Below are positions 48,517 to 54,249 of a DNA stretch of 54,249 nucleotides, piece after piece (position 1 is the stretch's first letter; each line of letters begins with the position of its first letter). Location: assembly GCA_000934665.2 (NCBI GenBank), contig JYFJ02002604.1:1-54249 (forward strand). Direction: 5' to 3'. The notes under the pieces were generated by a model, which saw only the letters and a program-made list of their open reading frames with translations, did not search any database and was not told where the DNA came from. Source of the DNA: Catajapyx aquilonaris. Lineage: Eukaryota. The position numbers were made by a program, and so were the translations under genes.

Positions 48517-50189
48517 GTTACTTCATAATGTAATCCTGGGAGTACGGAACAGGAGGGATGGAGGAGGGAAGGGATTACTTACTTTATATTAATATAAAGT
48601 AAGCAATCCCTGAGGAGGGTCCAACTACCAAATACAACTACTACTATAAACCACGGATGGAACGATTTGTGGTACCCGCCCTAGCGACGCCACTGTTCGG
48701 GCCGGTTCGGACTGGTTCGGGCGGGTTCGGGTGAAACTGGAAGATGTCCCTAGTTAGACAGTTACAGCTTTGACATTTGCATCCATCCGGCCACTAGAGG
48801 CGCTCGTAGCGAATCGCGCCAGTAGCGACATCAAGCGACTTGCGCTGAAGCTTGAAGTTTCATATCCCTAAGCTAAGTAATCCCTGGTATAACTTACAAC
48901 TTACGACCCATACATAGTGAAAATTATTGTAGGTTATAAGTTTGTTGGAATAAGAAGTCCCCATGCTTTAGGCAGCTGCATCATTCCATCTGAACTCAGA
49001 CAAAGTTGGTGCCTGACTATCTCGGATTTTGTTGAAAAAACTCCTAGGTGTACACACCCACAACGTAATGAAATTCCAAGTTTGAGCAGCATTGCACAAT
49101 ACATGGAGTAAGAGGCCATGCTAAAAATTGGCCTCCGAGGAAATTCAGCTGAGTTTCACAAATCCGCTTTGGCCTTAAATGATACAAATCTAGTGAACCT
49201 GTATATCAAAAGAATGAAGAAGACTAGAGAAATACAATGGTGCAAATAGTTCCCACATAAAATACGTGAAATACTCATGGTAACAAAAAAATATTTCAAT
49301 GGCTTTGATTTTTTAAATAGCCAAATTGACTACTTCAGTACTAGTAAGTAGTCCAGTAAGTAGTGTAGGAATGTACAGAAGTTCTGTACTTACCTAATCA
49401 ATGCTACTTTTGCACCTGTTTCGAGTCACAACATTTTTGCCCCCCCCCCCCNCCCCCCCCCCCTGGGCCACTCCTTCGCATGCCCCACCGGCTGAGAACT
49501 GCTGATGTAGAGGGAAAACTCTGCCAGGAGGGGACACTTCTTCATTTATTTCCACCACTATACCAACAAATAGCCATATTAGTCAAACAAAATTCTACCT
49601 TACCCAAATCCCATAGTTTACGCGCCCCCAAAAAGTGGAGGGGTGGGGTAGTAAACAAAATGTGACAAAAAATCCCTGTGAAGATTACATGGACTTTAGA
49701 ATTGATAATGATGAAGAGTAACAATGGAGCTAGGATGGCACCAGAGTTAAAGTTAATTTGACAGTTAACAGCTGAAAAATATATGATTACACTTTGGACA
49801 GTGAATTTCGGTGGGGTCTGGTAATAATTGCTGTCACTACATTAATTTGTTACATAGCAGGAGATTTATTTTAATGACGAACCTGAGGGGCCACACTAAC
49901 CCAAAGACTAAATTGAAATTAATTACAAAAAATTTGTCGCTGAATTAAAAATGTCGATATATCGTTTAAGTTTTCAGAATTTGCTACCCCTTTGCTGAAC
50001 TACATTATTAACATTGTTATTTATTAATAAATTAAAACGTGATGACATTGTGTATTTAGACCTCAGTGCAATGTGCTACGATAAAAAAATTTCAATTGAA
50101 TGAATGTGAAATGGCTGCCTATATTATTGTGCCAAGTTGCATTCAGAAAATCCACTGACAACACTTACACTTCCCTTGTAAGTAGCAAG

Positions 50190-50562
50190 CACGGTCATAT
50201 AAGTAAGGTCTGGTCACTCCCACCCACCCCCTGCCGACGTGTTTTGCAGAAGTTGCTCACCTGAGAGCGCCATGAGACATTTCGGAGGCCAGGATAAGTG
50301 GCGACCCTACCGGACTAGGCTGAACTTTATAGGTACGAAAGGGGAGGGCTACATTGGGGGGCCCAACATGGCCGCCGGCGGCCATGTTGGGCCAGCATGT
50401 AGCCCTCCCCTTTCGTACCTATAAAGTTCAGCCTAGTCCGGTAGGGTCGCCACTTATCCTGGCCTCCGAAATGTGGTCTCATGGCGGTCTCAGGTGAGCA
50501 CCCGCTGTAAAATGCCTCGGCAGGTGATAACGCCAGAACGTAGTATAAGTGTCCGGGGGCTG
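50190..50562. mobile_element. Spacerless palindromic hAT-like MITE
   Basis: Palindrome centred at 50376/50377; direct repeat GTAGCAAG at 50182-50189 and 50563-50570. Confidence 0.8.
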
Positions 50563-50825
50563 GTAGCAAGCATGTGAATATGAACACACCATTAATGACT
50601 TGACATTTAAAATAATAGGGTCTATTGACAAATTTTAAAAATTATATCGTACATGTAATTACACCGGCATCAATGCCATGATAACCGATTGTATTTCACG
50701 TGTGAAAAGTTCTGGATGTGTGGTTAAAATGTCATCTTTCAAATTTTGAAAATATGGTTGTTAATGTAACCATGCCCCAAACTTATGTGACAGGAACATC
50801 CTTATGCTGTAGCCACAGTAATATA

Positions 50826-51353
50826 CAGGGTGTTCCCTGTAACCCTGTAAAGACTTGAATGGGTAATAGAGGGGACCAAGATAAGTATTTTTCACATTGG
50901 AATCCATGTCTGGAAACACCATATAGAGGGGGTTCACAGACAAGGAATGGGTGTGCTCAGACGCGTCAGGGGGGAGGCGCTAACGAGCGGACCATTTAGT
51001 TACTAGGTGCACGGATAGTAAACATCATTGCATCGAGCAATAACCTGGCAACAACAGAGCCACCTAGTCACTAAAGCCTGCTTGCTAGGAGGCGCGTGGA
51101 TGGTAATATTAGTAAACAAGGACTCTGTTGTTGCCAGGTTATCGCGAATTGTGCCGTTGTTTACTATCCGCGTGCGCCTTAGCAACTAAATGATCCACTT
51201 GCCTATCGCCTGATGCATCAGAGCGCACTCGTTCCGCATCTATGAACCTCCTCGAGATGACATTTCCGGACACAGGTTCCTATGTGAAAAATACTTATCT
51301 TGGTCCCCTCTATTACCCCTGCAAGTCTTTACAGAGTTACAGGGAATACCCTG
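50826..51353. mobile_element. Tc1/mariner-type MITE
   Basis: TA|CAGGGTGTTCCCTGTAAC...GTTACAGGGAATACCCTG|TA, long diverged arms. Confidence 0.85.
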
Positions 51354-52884
51354 TATAGGATGTTGTTACTCTGCCAAAGTTGACAGTCCACCAAGTGTGG
51401 CACTGTGACAGAGAGATGGAATAGTCACTTCTGGCAATTTGCATTTGAACAGGTGTGCCACTTCCTCGACCTATTTTAAAATTTTTCTGGCATGCACAAC
51501 ACATGCAGGGGGCAATTTTGTTGTTAAAACTATTTACAAATAAGATTCTGCTCCCATCAAACAATATGCAACTGCGCTAAAGATGTATACAGTTCAACTT
51601 GTAAGTCCACCATCTATATTGCAACTGCCTACTAGATGGAACAAAACAAACCCATCTGGTTTCAACTCAGCATTACATTATGCATGGGCTTTATTGTTCT
51701 GGTAGAGAAATATCAGTTGTAAATAGCTCAATGTGAAAAGTGTACGGTCTGTATGGGCATGTGTCATGCAAGCAAGAAAAAAAAATTGAAATCAAGTAAG
51801 GATGATCCACACTGATGTAAACCCTAACTCAGGACACCCATTCAAATGAAGAAATTTTTTGACATTGCTAGGAGTGACTAATCCATTACTGCCATGTTGC
51901 CACACTTGTGGCCCACCGGTGGTATCTCAGCCTTGCTGCGGGGGTGGTGGTGGTGGTGCTTGTGTTGCTTGTGTTTCTCCAACAACCCTGAGAACTATGT
52001 CAGTGTAGCTTCATCTATTGTCAGGGTCATCCAAGCCGGAAGCCTTTTTGGGGTAGGAGACAGACAAAGAGAGCATCAGTCAATTCTTCTTTCTACCTTC
52101 TCATTTGGGTCAATAGTACAAAAGGTGCAATTTCATATCCAAAAAAAATAAATGTAAAATAATGTCCTTTGAAGAAATATTTTTTAAAAATAAAAATAGT
52201 TTTTACGTCTGGTGTTCCCACAAAAATAACGGCCGAGATCGGAGAGGAGATCTGGAGGATTTTATAACAGTCTTTGTTTTTGTCCATGGATGTGACGAGA
52301 AACCTTGGGACAAAATTACTCATGCAATAAAATCGATGCAATTTGGAACTTCAGGACAAATAATGCACTAGCCTTTACCTTCAGTATTCCTTTCTCCATT
52401 ACTCTTAATATAAAAAGTGAAATAACGTCTTATGCCTTGCATAAAACAACTACGAAAACAAAACTACGAAAGTGAAGGTTGGGACAAGCCACGGACGTGA
52501 CATGTCACACTCTGTGACATAAAGAAATATATGAAAGAATTTTCTCATTACATATTTGTTATGTGCCCCGTATTCCGCAAGTTGCAATCTTATTTCTTTG
52601 CATGTTATCTGGTTTTCAGATGTTATATTAAGTCCAGAAATTAGCTGGGACATGAAATTGCAGGTTTTTTTCACTCTCTCTCTCTCTCTCTCTCTCNNNN
52701 NNCCCCCCCCCCCCAATCTGTCTATATTGTAATTGACAGAATGTCTCAGTTACTTAGGCTCCTTCCCAATCAAAACAACAAACAGCTACACCCTGTATAT
52801 TGTGGAGATCTGAAACATGGTTTTGAAAAACTCGCTAAGGCTGGGCTGCATAACTTATTGTAAACTCTAAACAAGTCATTCATG

Positions 52885-53319
52885 CAGGGTGACGGGAAAC
52901 TCGCGGACAATCGCCAGGTAAACTTATAGTACTCACAAAACTAATATAGGGACGAGCAATTAGTTTTGGCCTCTGTTGCATAGTTAATGCGTACGGCGCC
53001 TTTAAAGTGTAGAGGGCAAAATACAAGGTAACGCGACAAAGTGCACGGGTGTTGTACCCGAATTCTTATACTCTGATGGGATTTGATCACCTATTGCACA
53101 TGGACGATGTGTTAGGGTACCAAGGCAAGGGACCGGAGGCCCTCGAGCTGACTTTTGCTCCTTTGAAGCTGGCGGAATGGATGTGACGTCACGAAACTTT
53201 GACAGCGCCATAAGCAATAACTATGCAACGGAGCCCAAAACTAATTGCACATCCCTATATTTGTTTTATGAGTACTATCAGTCTACCTGGTGATTGTCCA
53301 CGAGTTTCCCTTCACCCTG
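52885..53319. mobile_element. Tc1/mariner-type MITE
   Basis: CAGGGTGACGGGAAACTCG / CGAGTTTCCCTTCACCCTG, ~100-bp TIRs. Confidence 0.82.
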
Positions 53320-53448
53320 CATATGAACAATATGGGATCAAACACTTGTTCTGAGTTTACCTCGTTTATGCAACCAACCCTAATTATTAACAAGTGACTT
53401 CGTACTGCATGACTTGCGATGGAATCAGCCCATTCTGTAATTTTTCAG

Positions 53449-53647
53449 ATTCAAGGCAAAGATGATCCCAGGTCCTGGTCGAAGAGGCAAGGCTTCCAAG
53501 GTAGCACTAAATGCTTTCCTTCACGACAAGTCAGCAGTACCTTATGAGAAGGACCTTCTAAAGAGTGTCAAGGATCAGGATCTGGCGAGAAATCTACCTG
53601 GAAGGGTCAAGTTATCCATGCCACAAGCACAGAGACCAAAGAAGTAA
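53449..53647 (+). CDS. NEMF: NEMF exon 8 (terminal)
   Basis: tttcag|A; FKAKMIPGPGRRGKASK..EKDLLKSVKDQDLARNLPGRVKLS; TAA; spliced CDS 3294 nt = 1097 aa; AATAAA near 53704 and 54035. Confidence 0.94.
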
Positions 53648-54249
53648 TGCGGGCGGTACACATGTTTATTTTGTTTCATCTGTGTTGTGAAAGGAACTGC
53701 GATAATAAATACTGGCTTGACCTAAGGGGTCATGCCAAGTGTTTGGTGAAGTTTAGTTATTCTTTTGTAGCAGAATCTCGTGTGCTGTTCTTGTCGCTGC
53801 CAGATTTTTCTTCAGAAACTGCCAGGCTTCGTATGTACTTCTCTTGCAGTTTTATCAGGTCTACTTCAAGAGCCTTTGTCTTGGCCTTAATTTGCTTGAG
53901 CTACCGACAGGTCAAGGAGGAAGGCAATCAAATGTCATGAGGAGAGATCTCATACTATGTCCAGTTGTATAAATTCAAATTAGGGAGGAAATCTCTGATT
54001 CTGTCAAATTATGAATTGTGAATACTTATGGATAATAAACAGAGATTTTTTCCTAAGTTGCTTCCATACAACCAGCAATTTGGTGGCCTAAACTGAAGGA
54101 CCTAAATTGCATTCATTTGACTCTGACTTTTACTTGTCCCTTGAGGCCCGAGGAATACTGAGGGCCGGTTGCACGAACCGTTCCTAGGAGGTGGGAGCGC
54201 TGCTAGGAAGGAATTTCATTGCACCAACCCAGTGGCGGATCTATGGGGG

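Larger units (their letters stand above)
44484..48886 (-). mobile_element. Full-length P-superfamily (THAP9-like; Galileo/1360-type TSD) DNA transposon in NEMF intron 7
   Basis: TIR CAGGGATTACTTAGCTTAGGGATA(c/t)GAAA at both ends; 7-bp TSD GTATAAC (44477-44483, 48887-48893); subterminal inverted motif GAGCGC..GGCCGGATGGAT (~44557-44580 / ~48781-48805). Confidence 0.95.

Overview
Eukaryotic genomic DNA, probably from an arthropod (spliced genes, (TTAGG)n tract, insect-type SINE bodies); there are no prokaryotic features. Three spliced host genes are present: the last two coding exons of ETFB (+, 5105-14438); a phosphatase-domain-only Sts/UBASH3/ecdysteroid-phosphate-phosphatase-like gene (-, 14955 to 23322 or 24526) with a predicted GC-AG intron; and a complete 8-exon NEMF/Rqc2 gene (+, 24987-53647, 1097 aa by manual splicing) arranged head-to-head with the phosphatase. 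Introns are filled with nested MITEs (Tc1/mariner-, pogo-, hAT-, piggyBac-, Kolobok-, Sola- and Harbinger-like), at least four SINE-like families and LINE fragments. The standout feature is a complete, apparently intact 4.4-kb P-superfamily DNA transposon in NEMF intron 7 (44484-48886). It has ~31-bp TIRs, a 7-bp Galileo/1360-type TSD and a five-exon THAP transposase (885 aa) whose linker is built from tandemly duplicated 78-nt exon+intron units. All splicing and family assignments were made by eye, without database searches.
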